Source: Neisseria sicca | GTDB taxonomy: Bacteria > Pseudomonadota > Gammaproteobacteria > Burkholderiales > Neisseriaceae | Direction: 5' to 3' | DNA length: 32,000 bases | Assembly (NCBI RefSeq): GCF_017753665.1 | Contig: NZ_CP072524.1 | Location: forward strand, 260,281 to 292,280 | Shown here: positions 16,874-28,459 of the stretch, one piece after another | Position numbering within the stretch: the stretch's first letter is position 1 | Layout of the letters: each line of letters starts with the position of its first letter | The notes under the pieces: generated by a model | Told to the model about the DNA's origin: nothing | The model's database searches: none | What the model saw: only the letters and a program-made list of their open reading frames with translations | Program-made: the position numbers and the translations under genes

Positions 16874-17884
16874 TCAAACCCATCCGCGCAAATTGCGCCG
16901 CACCAAATCTGCCAGCGCGCCTATCCATTCTGCGCCGTCGTTCAGGCAGGGGATATAGCGGTATTCTTTACCGCCTGCGGCGTGAAATTGTTCGCGCCCC
17001 ATCAAAGCGATTTCTTCCATCGTTTCCAAGCAGTCTGCCATGAAGCCCGGACAGAAAACGTCCAATTTCGTTATGCCTTGTTTCGGTAGTTCGTCAAACA
17101 GAACCTGCGTACTCGGTTTAACCCATTTTGCCTTGCCGAACTGGCTTTGGAAGGAAACGATATATTCCTGCTCAGTGAGCTCCAAGGCTTCGGCAAGCAG
17201 TTTGGCGGTATGGCGGCATTCGTCGGGATAAGGGTCGCCTTCGTCGTACTGTTTCTGCGGTATGCCGTGAAAACTCAGCATCAGTTTTTCGCCGCGCCCC
17301 TGTTCCGCCCAATATGCCTGAATCTGCTTTTTCATGGCTTCGATATAGCCTGCATCATCGTAGAAACGGGATACCGTGCGTATGCTGAGTTGGTTGCGCT
17401 GGCGCAGTAATTGCAAGAATACTTTATCCAAAGCCGCGCCTGTGCTTGATGCCGCATATTGCGGATAAAGCGGGACTACCAAAAGATTACCGATGCCTTG
17501 CGATTTCAATTCCGCCAAGACGTCGTCAACGCCCGGTTTGCCGTAAGTCATGGCGTAGCGGACGGTTATATCCGGCAGTAGTTGGTCCAAGGCTTCGGCT
17601 TGGCGTGCGGTATAAACCAATAAGGGCGAGCCTTCTTTAAACCAGATTTTTTCATAGGCATGCGCACTTTTTTTCGGGCGCAGCGTCAGTATCAGGCCAC
17701 GCAAAATCGGTTGCCACAACAGCTTCGGCAGTTCTACCACGCGTTGGTCGGATAAAAAGTCGCGCAGGTAAGGTTTGACGGCTTGCGCGGTCGGAGCATC
17801 CGGTGTGCCGAGGTTAAGCAGTAGGACGGCGGTACGGGTTTGGTCGGTGTACGGGAGGGGAGGCTCTGGCAGGAAACGGGGCAT
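16874..17884 (-). CDS. hemH: Ferrochelatase
   Basis: 336-aa ORF with LLLNLGTPD, the PLYPQY-type block VVPLYPQYAASSTGA, the LSFHGIP block LMLSFHGIPQ, and SFQSQFG..WVKPST, all hallmark HemH blocks. Confidence 0.95.
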   Translation of the reverse strand: MPRFLPEPPLPYTDQTRTAVLLLNLGTPDAPTAQAVKPYLRDFLSDQRVVELPKLLWQPILRGLILTLRPKKSAHAYEKIWFKEGSPLLVYTARQAEALDQLLPDITVRYAMTYGKPGVDDVLAELKSQGIGNLLVVPLYPQYAASSTGAALDKVFLQLLRQRNQLSIRTVSRFYDDAGYIEAMKKQIQAYWAEQGRGEKLMLSFHGIPQKQYDEGDPYPDECRHTAKLLAEALELTEQEYIVSFQSQFGKAKWVKPSTQVLFDELPKQGITKLDVFCPGFMADCLETMEEIALMGREQFHAAGGKEYRYIPCLNDGAEWIGALADLVRRNLRGWV

Positions 17885-17922
17885 GGTTTCTTTCTTTAAT
17901 ATTGAATGATATTTTGTGCAAA

Positions 17923-17974
17923 AGGTCGTCTGAAAAGCAAAGGGTCAATCAAGATAAATGTTTTCAGACGACCT
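17923..17974. repeat. DUS inverted pair between hemH and tgt
   Basis: AGGTCGTCTGAA (17923-17934) and TTCAGACGACCT (17963-17974), with a 28-nt loop. Confidence 0.8.
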
Positions 17975-17993
17975 CGATAAGCATAGTTAAATC

Positions 17994-19118
<1,125 letters not shown>

Positions 19119-19365
19119 CTATAATGTAGAAAACGGCGTGCGAAGCCGCCGTGCAGTCAAACGATTGAGGTAAAAACGCGATTATAAAGGATTTTCATCG
19201 CAATAGCGGTGTTTGAATATTTCAGACGACCTTAGTTCGTATCGAGATGTTCACTGTTGAAAATGTTTCAAAAAAATCACAATGTTTCGACAATGTCGTC
19301 TGAAACCTCATTTTCATGCTTGCCATCGCGTCAAAGTATCGTCTATAATCCAAACCCTATTAAAC

Positions 19366-19442
19366 AGGCACGTAGCTCAGTTGGTTAGAGCACCACCTTG
19401 ACATGGTGGGGGTCGTTGGTTCGAATCCAATCGTGCCTACCA
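19366..19442 (+). tRNA. tRNA-Val (anticodon GAC), CCA encoded
   Basis: Manual cloverleaf: acceptor AGGCACG/CGTGCCT, D arm GCTC-AGTTGGTTA-GAGC, anticodon arm CCACC-TTGACAT-GGTGG, variable GGGTC, T arm GTTGG-TTCGAAT-CCAAT, then ACCA. Length 77 nt. Confidence 0.93.
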
Positions 19443-19451
19443 AATTTCTCA

Positions 19452-19476
19452 AACGGCATTTATGCCGTTATTTTTT
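19452..19476 (+). terminator. Rho-independent terminator-like hairpin after tRNA-Val, 20 nt before thrS
   Basis: AACGGCA (19452-19458) / TGCCGTT (19463-19469) with loop TTTA, followed by a T6 run at 19471-19476. Confidence 0.65.
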
Positions 19477-19496
19477 AATGTTTTGGAGCTTGTTTG

Positions 19497-21410
19497 ATGT
19501 TGAACATTACCTTGCCGGACGGCTCAGTCCGCCAGTACGAATCGCCCGTTACCGTGGCACAGATTGCCGCGTCTATCGGAGCAGGTTTGGCGAAGGCGAC
19601 AGTGGCGGGTAAGGTAAACGGTAAATTGGTCGATGCATGCGATCCGATTACCGAAGATTCAACCGTCCAAATTATTACCCCGAAAGACCAAGAAGGCGTC
19701 GAAATCATCCGCCACTCTTGCGCCCACCTTGTCGGTCATGCGGTCAAGCAGCTCTATCCTAATGCAAAAATGGTTATCGGCCCCGTCATTGAAGAGGGCT
19801 TTTATTACGATATCGCAACGGAAAAACCGTTTACGCCTGAAGATGTCGCTGCCATCGAAGCGCGTATGAAAGAATTGATTGCTCAGGATTATGATGTAGT
19901 CAAAATTATGACTCCGCGCGCCGAAACCATCAAAATTTTCCAAGATCGCGGTGAAGAATACAAGCTGCGCTTGATTGACGATATGCCCGAAGTTGAAGCA
20001 ATGGGTATGTATCATCATCAGGAATATGTCGATATGTGCCGCGGTCCGCACGTTCCGAACACCCGTTTCCTGAAAAACTTCAAGCTGACCAAGTTGGCAG
20101 GTGCATACTGGCGTGGAGACAGTAATAATGAAATGCTGCAACGTATTTACGGTACGGCTTGGGCGACAAAAGACGAATTAAAAGCCTATATCCAGCGTAT
20201 CGAAGAAGCAGAAAAACGCGATCATCGCAAATTGGGCAAACAACTGGATTTGTTCCACTTGCAAGACGAAGCGCCGGGTATGGTGTTTTGGCATCCCAAA
20301 GGTTGGGCTTTGTGGCAGACTATCGAGCAGCATATGCGTAAAGAGCTGAATGCCGCCGGCTATAAAGAAGTCAAAACTCCCCAAATCATGGATAAAACCT
20401 TTTGGGAAAAATCCGGTCACTGGGATAACTACAAAGACAATATGTTCGTAACCAGTTCGGAAAAACGCGAATATGCGGTTAAACCAATGAATTGCCCCGG
20501 ACATGTTCAGATTTTCAATAACGGCTTGCGCTCGTACCGTGATTTGCCGATGCGTTTGGCAGAGTTTGGCTCTTGCCATCGCAACGAGCCGAGTGGTGCA
20601 TTGCATGGACTGATGCGTGTTCGCGGTTTTGTACAAGACGATGCGCATATTTTCTGCACCGAAGATCAAATTGTCAGCGAAGCGCGGGCATTTAATGAAT
20701 TGCTGGTTCGTATTTACAAGCAATTCGGTTTCCACGATGTATCCGTCAAGCTTTCACTGCGTCCTGAGAAGCGCGCCGGTTCAGACGACGTGTGGGATAA
20801 GGCAGAACAAGGTCTACGCGAAGCATTGACTGCTTGCGGCGTGGAATGGGACGAGTTGCCGGGTGAGGGCGCGTTCTACGGACCTAAAATCGAATATCAC
20901 GTCAAAGACGCATTGGGACGTTCTTGGCAGTGTGGTACGCTGCAACTGGACTTTGTATTGCCGGAACGCTTAGATGCAGAATATGTAACCGAAAACAATG
21001 ACCGCGCCCGTCCGGTAATGTTGCACCGCGCCATTTTGGGTTCTTTGGAACGATTTATCGGTATTTTGATTGAAAACCATGCAGGTTCTTTCCCGTTGTG
21101 GTTGGCGCCGGTTCAAATGGTGATTATGAATATCACCGAAAATCAAGCGGATTACTGCCGTGAAGTGGCTGCCAAATTGCAAGCCGCAGGCTTCCGTGTG
21201 GAGCTGGATTTGCGTAACGAAAAAATTGGCTACAAAATCCGCGATAACAGCCAATACCGCTTCCCTTATCAAATCGTTGTCGGCGATAAAGAGAAGCAGG
21301 AAAACAAAGTGGCCGTGCGCCGCAAAGCAGAAGACTTGGGTTCTTTGGATTTGGATGATTTCATTGCACAACTACAGCAAGAAATCGCGGATGCCCTCGT
21401 CAACCATTAA
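19497..21410 (+). CDS. thrS: Threonine--tRNA ligase
   Basis: TGS domain N-terminus ([17 protein letters not shown]), editing-domain HSCAHL, class II motifs ([44 protein letters not shown]). ATG at 19497 after GGAG (19485-19488). Confidence 0.97.
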   Translation: MLNITLPDGSVRQYESPVTVAQIAASIGAGLAKATVAGKVNGKLVDACDPITEDSTVQIITPKDQEGVEIIRHSCAHLVGHAVKQLYPNAKMVIGPVIEEGFYYDIATEKPFTPEDVAAIEARMKELIAQDYDVVKIMTPRAETIKIFQDRGEEYKLRLIDDMPEVEAMGMYHHQEYVDMCRGPHVPNTRFLKNFKLTKLAGAYWRGDSNNEMLQRIYGTAWATKDELKAYIQRIEEAEKRDHRKLGKQLDLFHLQDEAPGMVFWHPKGWALWQTIEQHMRKELNAAGYKEVKTPQIMDKTFWEKSGHWDNYKDNMFVTSSEKREYAVKPMNCPGHVQIFNNGLRSYRDLPMRLAEFGSCHRNEPSGALHGLMRVRGFVQDDAHIFCTEDQIVSEARAFNELLVRIYKQFGFHDVSVKLSLRPEKRAGSDDVWDKAEQGLREALTACGVEWDELPGEGAFYGPKIEYHVKDALGRSWQCGTLQLDFVLPERLDAEYVTENNDRARPVMLHRAILGSLERFIGILIENHAGSFPLWLAPVQMVIMNITENQADYCREVAAKLQAAGFRVELDLRNEKIGYKIRDNSQYRFPYQIVVGDKEKQENKVAVRRKAEDLGSLDLDDFIAQLQQEIADALVNH

Positions 21411-21430
21411 TTTTTATAGGAGTATTCATC

Positions 21431-21949
21431 ATCGCTCAAGAACGCGAAGCACGAATCAATGGCGAAATTACCGCCAAAGAAGTGCGTTTAATCAGTGAGT
21501 CAGGCGAACAGCTTGGTGTCGTATCGGTTCGTGAAGCTTTGGCTATGGCCGAAGAGCAGGATGTGGATTTGGTAGAGATTTCCCCTACTGCCAAACCGCC
21601 CGTGTGCAAACTGATGGATTACGGTAAATATAAATACCAACAAGCCAAGAAACGCGACGAAGCCAAGAAAAATCAGAAGCAGGTGCAAATTAAGGAAATC
21701 AAATTCCGTCCGGGTACCGATGAAGGCGATTATCAAATCAAAATGCGCAACATCAACCGCTTCTTGGCTGACGGCGATAAAGTCAAAGTAACACTCCGTT
21801 TCCGTGGTCGTGAAATGGCTCACCAACAACTCGGTGCGCAACTTTTAGAGCGCGTAAAAGAAGATTTGGCGGAAGTAGCCCAAATCGAATCCTTCCCTAA
21901 AATGGAAGGCCGTCAAATGGTGATGATGATTGCACCAAAGAAAAAATAA
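21431..21949 (+). CDS. infC: Translation initiation factor IF-3, with a non-AUG (ATC) start
   Basis: The IF-3 sequence ([31 protein letters not shown]...) extends in frame upstream of the track ORF start (GTG 21482) with no in-frame ATG. AGGAG lies at 21418-22, followed by ATC ATC at 21428-33. The exact start (21428 or 21431) is uncertain. Confidence 0.85.
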   Translation: MAQEREARINGEITAKEVRLISESGEQLGVVSVREALAMAEEQDVDLVEISPTAKPPVCKLMDYGKYKYQQAKKRDEAKKNQKQVQIKEIKFRPGTDEGDYQIKMRNINRFLADGDKVKVTLRFRGREMAHQQLGAQLLERVKEDLAEVAQIESFPKMEGRQMVMMIAPKKK

Positions 21950-21962
21950 AGTTATAATTTTT

Positions 21963-22009
21963 AGCTTAATCCGATTGCCGCTTCGGAGTAAGCTTTTGAT
22001 TGGCGGCAA
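21963..22009 (+). promoter_or_regulatory. Candidate structured leader (interleaved stems, pseudoknot topology) upstream of rpmI-rplT
   Basis: AGCTTA (21963-68) pairs with TAAGCT (21989-94), and TTGCCGC (21975-81) pairs with GCGGCAA (22003-09). The arms interleave. The location matches the L20 translational operator position in E. coli. Confidence 0.3.
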
Positions 22010-22095
22010 AAACCGTGGCATTTTGGGTTCAAGTGTTTGAAACCAATGTTTTAAAACCCCCTGATGCCTTATCTAATAACGAATGGAGTTTTCCC

Positions 22096-22293
22096 ATGCC
22101 TAAAATGAAAACCAAGTCTAGCGCGAAAAAACGCTTCAAAGTACTGGGTAACGGCGGTGTAAAACGCGCTCATGCGTTCAAACGCCACATCTTGACTAAA
22201 AAGACCACTAAAAACAAACGCCAATTGCGCGGTACCTCTATGGTAAACGATCGCGATTTGGCTTCTGTTGCTAAAATGTTACCCTACGCTTAA
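22096..22293 (+). CDS. rpmI: 50S ribosomal protein L35
   Basis: [46 protein letters not shown]..., the canonical L35. GGAG at 22085-88. The track ORF is extended upstream to 22000. Confidence 0.95.
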
Positions 22294-22305
22294 GGAGTTT
22301 AGAAT

Positions 22306-22665
22306 ATGCCACGCGTAAAACGCGGTGTAACCGCTCGTGCCCGTCACCAAAAAATCTTCGCGTTAGCCAAAGGCTACCGCGGTCGTCGTAAAAACGTATA
22401 CCGCGTTGCCAAGCAAGCGGTAATGAAAGCCGGTCAATACGCATACCGTGACCGTCGTCAACGCAAACGCCAATTCCGTCAACTGTGGATTGTCCGTATC
22501 AATGCAGGTGCCCGTGAAAATGGTCTGTCTTACAGCAAATTCATGAACGGTCTGAAACGCGCCTCTATCGAAATCGACCGCAAAGTATTGGCTGATCTGG
22601 CTGTATTTGACAAAGCCGCTTTTGCACAATTGGTTGAGAAAGCTAAAGCTGCTTTGGCTGCTTAA
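22306..22665 (+). CDS. rplT: 50S ribosomal protein L20
   Basis: [66 protein letters not shown], the canonical L20. Confidence 0.97.
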   Translation: MPRVKRGVTARARHQKIFALAKGYRGRRKNVYRVAKQAVMKAGQYAYRDRRQRKRQFRQLWIVRINAGARENGLSYSKFMNGLKRASIEIDRKVLADLAVFDKAAFAQLVEKAKAALAA

Positions 22666-22682
22666 TCCAAAAAAATTTAAAA

Positions 22683-22706
22683 AGGAAGCTACGGCTTCCT
22701 TTTTTC
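22683..22706 (+). terminator. Rho-independent terminator after rplT
   Basis: AGGAAGC (22683-89), loop TACG, GCTTCCT (22694-700), then TTTTT. Confidence 0.85.
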
Positions 22707-22821
22707 TTTGTTTGAAGAAAGTCTATGTGATTGATTTTCTTTCTTTAAAGTCTATTTTTTTAAATTGATTTGCGTTAAAATACGCCGATTCTATCAAACG
22801 GATTGGCCGTAAACAGATAAA

Positions 22822-23903
<1,082 letters not shown>

Positions 23904-24086
23904 GCGATTTTAACTTCATTGCATCTGCTATTTCAGGCGGTTTGAACCTAAAAAGTAGCCTTAGTAGCCTTACTTGCCTTTCAAATAGCTTGAAAATGTC
24001 GGATTTGTTAATCTAGGCTACAAGCCTAAACCTGATTTTCCAGCAATTGTTTATTTTCCTATTGTAAAGACAAGGATGCCGAAATT

Positions 24087-24707
24087 ATGGATACTCTGAT
24101 TATCAACGCACACCCTGACCCGTATTCCTCTGCTTCCGCCACCAATCGCATGGTTGCACACCTGTTATCCAAACTGCCCGTAGGTAGTGCACAAACTGTT
24201 AATTTGGCAGAGACTGACATACAGCCGCTGGACAAAGCGGTTCTGGAAATGTTTGTCGCAACTGTGTTCCAAGAGCAGCAGCCGAATGCGGAACAGACCG
24301 CTTTGCTGGCACGACTGATGTCGGTAGTAAATCAAGTCAAATCCACCCGCCGACTCGTCATTGCCTATCCGATGTACAACTTCGGCATTCCCGCCCGTTT
24401 GAAAGACTGGTTAGATAATTTAGTTGTGCCTGGCGAAACGTTCCGCTACGGAGCGGATGGTACACCGCGAGGGCTGATGAGTGCGCACAAAGTACTACTG
24501 TTTCAGGCTAGTGGTAGTGTTTATACTGATGGACCGATGGCGCAAATGGATTTTGCCTCGAGCTATCTGAAAACGCTGCTTGGCGGCTTTTTAGGTTTTG
24601 CTTCAGTGGACACTATCTATGCCGAAGGCACGGCGAGTAACTGGGATGTAGCGGTTCAACGCGCCTGTGCAGAAATTGATGTTGTATTCGGTAGTTTTAC
24701 GGCCTAG
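24087..24707 (+). CDS. azoR: FMN-dependent NADH-azoreductase / flavodoxin-like quinone reductase (AzoR family)
   Basis: 206 aa. The N-terminal INAHPDP and the YPMYNFGIPARLKDWLDNLVVPGETFRY block match the AzoR/Flavodoxin_2 signature. Confidence 0.8.
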   Translation: MDTLIINAHPDPYSSASATNRMVAHLLSKLPVGSAQTVNLAETDIQPLDKAVLEMFVATVFQEQQPNAEQTALLARLMSVVNQVKSTRRLVIAYPMYNFGIPARLKDWLDNLVVPGETFRYGADGTPRGLMSAHKVLLFQASGSVYTDGPMAQMDFASSYLKTLLGGFLGFASVDTIYAEGTASNWDVAVQRACAEIDVVFGSFTA

Positions 24708-24791
24708 TTGCTCAAACTGGTTAGTTATATCCACGCGGATTACAAGTAGCCTAGCAATACTGGGCTTACTAAACCAATATAGAAAAACGTT

Positions 24792-25199
24792 ATGGAACAG
24801 CATATTAACTACATCACGCTCGGCGTAGGCGACCTTGCTATTTCCCGCCGTTTTTACCAAGACATATTCGGTTGGCAGGAAACGGTGGACAGTAATGAAA
24901 ACATTGCGTTTTTTGAAACAGGAAGCGCGCTGCGGTTTGCTCTGTTTGGTAAGGAAGCCTTAGCGCAAGACGCGCAGGTATTAGTGCAGGGTAGCGGTTT
25001 TCCATGTTTTACGTTGGCGCATAATGTCGGCAGCGAAGCTGAAGTGGATGCATTGTTTTCTGAGCTCGCCTCAAAAAATGTGAATATCGTCAAAGCCCCG
25101 CAGAAAGTATTTTGGGGCGGATACAGCGGCTATATCGCCGACCCCGATGGCTTTTTATGGGAAATTGCCTTTAATCCGTTTTTGCAGAAATTACGCTGA
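24792..25199 (+). CDS. VOC (glyoxalase/bleomycin resistance/dioxygenase) family protein
   Basis: 135 aa. INYITLGVGDLAISRRFYQDIFGW and the C-terminal GYSGYIADPDGFLWEIAFNP are typical of the VOC fold. Confidence 0.8.
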   Translation: MEQHINYITLGVGDLAISRRFYQDIFGWQETVDSNENIAFFETGSALRFALFGKEALAQDAQVLVQGSGFPCFTLAHNVGSEAEVDALFSELASKNVNIVKAPQKVFWGGYSGYIADPDGFLWEIAFNPFLQKLR

Positions 25200-25277
25200 A
25201 ATAGCACGATAAAGGTTACTTGAAAACGGCAGCTTCAGCGAAGTAAAAATCAAATTTGCTTACCCGAAAGCCGAGTC

Positions 25278-25583
25278 ATGAAACGCTATATCGCTCCATC
25301 CGTTTGCTATGCACTTGCTGTTGCGCTGTGGTTGCTGTCCATCTATTGCGAAATCCGTGCTTTGTCGTTAGCCGATTTGAAAACCCTGACCGGTGACGAT
25401 GTGGAAGGTGCAATAAGGTGGTCGAATTACGGATTTAGCGCATTTGCCGTATCCTGTTTTGCCACCGCGATCGGCAGTTGGTTGATGCCGCGGTTTAAAA
25501 GCTGGGAGCGTGTAGCGTTTACAGTGAGTGTCACCTTAGGATATACCTTGCTGGCGTGGTTCGTAACAATATTATTGATTTGA
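25278..25583 (+). CDS. Hypothetical small membrane protein (3 predicted TM segments)
   Basis: 101-aa ORF with three hydrophobic stretches and no recognisable family. Coding status is supported only by length and hydrophobic periodicity. Confidence 0.5.
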   Translation: MKRYIAPSVCYALAVALWLLSIYCEIRALSLADLKTLTGDDVEGAIRWSNYGFSAFAVSCFATAIGSWLMPRFKSWERVAFTVSVTLGYTLLAWFVTILLI

Positions 25584-25719
25584 TTGCTTAAGGTTTGAAA
25601 AGACTATCTGAAAGCGACAGCCCCAACAAAGTTAAAAAGCAGCCTGCACCCCACCAAGCAAACAGGTCGTCTGAAAACAAAATCTGATAAAAAGTTAATT
25701 AGTTGATTGAGAACATAAC

Positions 25720-28083
25720 ATGCAATTCTCCTATTCATGGCTGAAAACCCAAGCCGATACCGAACTTTCCGCCGATAAGCTGGAACATCTGTTAACCATG
25801 TCCGGCTTGGAAGTGGAAGAAGCCGAGACTGCCGCGCCGGCGTTTACAGGCGTGGTGATTGCCGAAGTGAAATCCGTTGAAAAACATCCGGATGCCGATC
25901 GTTTGAACGTTACCCAAGTTGATGCGGGTACGGGTGAGTTGGTGCAGATTGTGTGCGGTGCGCCGAATGTGAAAGCGGGCATCAAAGTGCCGTGTTCGTT
26001 GCCGGGCGCGGTGTTGCCGGGCAATTTCAAAATCAAGCCGACCAAGATGCGCGGCGTGGTGTCGAACGGGATGTTGTGTTCCACTGATGAACTTGGTCTG
26101 CCCGACGACGGCGTGAACGGCCTGCACATTCTGCCGCAAGACGCTCCCGTCGGCACAAACATCCGCGAATATCTGGATTTGGACGACACGGTGTTCACGC
26201 TGAAAATCACGCCGAACCGTGCCGACTGCCTGAGCATCAAAGGCATTGCGCGTGAAGTGTCCGCGCTGACCGGCTGCGCGTTCAAGCAACCTGCAATCCA
26301 TGCCGCGCCAATCACAGGTAGCCGCAAACAGCCTGTGCAGATTGATGCGCCTGCCGATTGCGGCCGCTTTATCAGCCGCGTGATTGAAAACGTGAACGCG
26401 CGCGCCGCTACGCCGGATTGGATGAAGCAGCGTTTGGAGCGCAGCGGTATCCGCAGCCTGTCTGCGCTGGTGGATATCGGCAATTATGTGATGCTGGAAA
26501 TCGGTCAGCCGATGCATGTTTTCGATGCCGACAAACTTTCAGGCAGCCTGCACATCCGCCGCGCGCGCGAAGGTGAAACGCTGGAATGCCTGAACGAGAA
26601 AACCGTCTCCCTGTCTGAAAACACGCTGGTAGTGGCCGATGAAAAAGGCGCGTTGAGTTTGGCAGGCCTGATGGGCGGCGCGGCAAGCGCGGTTTCAGAC
26701 GACACACAAAATATCGTGCTGGAAGCGGCTTGGTTTGCGCCTGAAATCATCGCCGGCAAATCGCGCCAATACGGTTTTGGCTCGGATTCGTCGTTCCGCT
26801 TTGAGCGCGGCGTGGATTACCGTTTGCAGGCCGATGCCATCGAGCGCGCTACCGAATTGGTTTTGCAAATCTGCGGCGGTGCGGCAGGCGAAATGGTGGA
26901 AGCGTTGGGCAGGCTACCTGAAAACAAACAGGTTGAATTGCGTTTGGGTCGTCTGAAAACCGTGTTGGGCGTGAATATTCCTGCCGAGCAGGTGGAAACC
27001 ATTTTGCAGCACTTGGGCTTGCAGCCTGAAAAAACGGCGGAAGGCTTCCGCGTTACCGCGCCGAGCTTTCGTTTCGACATCGAAATCGAAGCCGATTTGA
27101 TTGAAGAAATCGGCCGCGTTTACGGCTATGAAAATATCCCCGACGATTACACGTCAGGTCGTCTGAAAATGCTGGCGCTGCCCGAAACCCGCCGTCCGCG
27201 TTTTGCCGTTTATAACGAAATGGCGGCGCGCGGCTACCGCGAAGTGGTCAGCTATGCCTTTGTTGACGAGCAGTGGGAACTTGATTTTGCCGCAAACGAC
27301 AACCCCATCCGCCTGCAAAACCCGCTGGCGGCGCAGTATGCCGTGATGCGTTCCACGCTTATCGGCGGCTTGGTGGAAATTTTGCAAAACAATCTGAACC
27401 GCAAGCAAAACCGCGTGCGCGTGTTTGAAATCGCCCGCGTGTTCAGCAAAGGTTCAGACGACCGGTTTGTGCAAAACGAACGCATCGGCGGCCTGTGGTA
27501 CGGTGCGGCGATGCCCGAACAATGGGGTGAGAAAACGCGCAACGCGGATTTTTACGACATCAAGGCCGATGTAGAAAATCTGTTGAAAAACAAAGCAGTT
27601 GAGTTCGTCAAAACCGAACATCCCGCCCTGCATCCAGGCCGCGCTGCCAATATCGTTTCAGACAGACAGGTCATCGGCTTTGTCGGCGAATTGCATCCGA
27701 AATGGCTGCAAAAATACGACTTGCCGCAAGCACCGCTGGTATTTGAAATCGATATGGCAGCCGTGTTGGAACGCGAAAAAACGCGTTATCAGGCAGTATC
27801 GAAATTTCAGCCGGTGCGCAGGGATTTGGCTTTTGTGATGCCTGAAACCATGACCCATGATGATTTGTTGGCCGCCTTGAACGGCGCGGCAAACAAGTTG
27901 GTACAGGAAATCAGCGTATTTGACGTGTATCGCGGTACGGGACTGCCTGAAGGGATGAAGAGCATGGCGGTTAAAGTGATTTTGCAGGATATGGAAAACA
28001 CGCTGACGGATGAAACAGTCGAGCCGGTTATCGGAAAACTGATTGACGCGGCAACTGCTGCGGGAGCGCAACTTCGCAGCTAA
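25720..28083 (+). CDS. pheT: Phenylalanine--tRNA ligase beta subunit
   Basis: 787 aa. MQFSYSWLK start, tRNA-binding (EMAP/OB) domain (HPDADRLNVTQVDAG..QIVCGAPN), B3_4, B5 and the C-terminal FDX-ACB domain. Confidence 0.97.
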   Translation: MQFSYSWLKTQADTELSADKLEHLLTMSGLEVEEAETAAPAFTGVVIAEVKSVEKHPDADRLNVTQVDAGTGELVQIVCGAPNVKAGIKVPCSLPGAVLPGNFKIKPTKMRGVVSNGMLCSTDELGLPDDGVNGLHILPQDAPVGTNIREYLDLDDTVFTLKITPNRADCLSIKGIAREVSALTGCAFKQPAIHAAPITGSRKQPVQIDAPADCGRFISRVIENVNARAATPDWMKQRLERSGIRSLSALVDIGNYVMLEIGQPMHVFDADKLSGSLHIRRAREGETLECLNEKTVSLSENTLVVADEKGALSLAGLMGGAASAVSDDTQNIVLEAAWFAPEIIAGKSRQYGFGSDSSFRFERGVDYRLQADAIERATELVLQICGGAAGEMVEALGRLPENKQVELRLGRLKTVLGVNIPAEQVETILQHLGLQPEKTAEGFRVTAPSFRFDIEIEADLIEEIGRVYGYENIPDDYTSGRLKMLALPETRRPRFAVYNEMAARGYREVVSYAFVDEQWELDFAANDNPIRLQNPLAAQYAVMRSTLIGGLVEILQNNLNRKQNRVRVFEIARVFSKGSDDRFVQNERIGGLWYGAAMPEQWGEKTRNADFYDIKADVENLLKNKAVEFVKTEHPALHPGRAANIVSDRQVIGFVGELHPKWLQKYDLPQAPLVFEIDMAAVLEREKTRYQAVSKFQPVRRDLAFVMPETMTHDDLLAALNGAANKLVQEISVFDVYRGTGLPEGMKSMAVKVILQDMENTLTDETVEPVIGKLIDAATAAGAQLRS

Positions 28084-28156
28084 AAAATAAATATTCGCTT
28101 GAATTTTAAATAGAAATTAGTAATAATCTGCACCTGTTACAACAGAAGGTAATAAT

Positions 28157-28459
28157 ATGACATTAACTAAAGCCGAATTGGCCGATATTTTGGTAGATAA
28201 AGTCAGCAATGTAACCAAAAACGATGCCAAAGAAATCGTCGAACTCTTTTTTGAAGAAATCCGCAGCACTTTGGCACGCGGCGAAGAAATCAAAATTTCC
28301 GGTTTCGGTAATTTTCAGTTGCGCGACAAACCGCAACGTCCCGGCCGTAATCCGAAAACCGGCGAAGAAGTACCGATTACCGCCCGCCGCGTAGTAACTT
28401 TCCATGCCAGCCAAAAACTCAAAGGCATGGTGGAGCATTACTATGACAAACAACGCTAA
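28157..28459 (+). CDS. ihfA: Integration host factor alpha subunit
   Basis: [12 protein letters not shown]...[41 protein letters not shown], the canonical IHF-alpha sequence. Confidence 0.96.
   Translation: MTLTKAELADILVDKVSNVTKNDAKEIVELFFEEIRSTLARGEEIKISGFGNFQLRDKPQRPGRNPKTGEEVPITARRVVTFHASQKLKGMVEHYYDKQR

Noticed and set aside
25731-26517. Two overlapping minus-strand ORFs of about 240-250 aa inside pheT
   Set aside because: These are shadow ORFs opposite pheT with no motifs.
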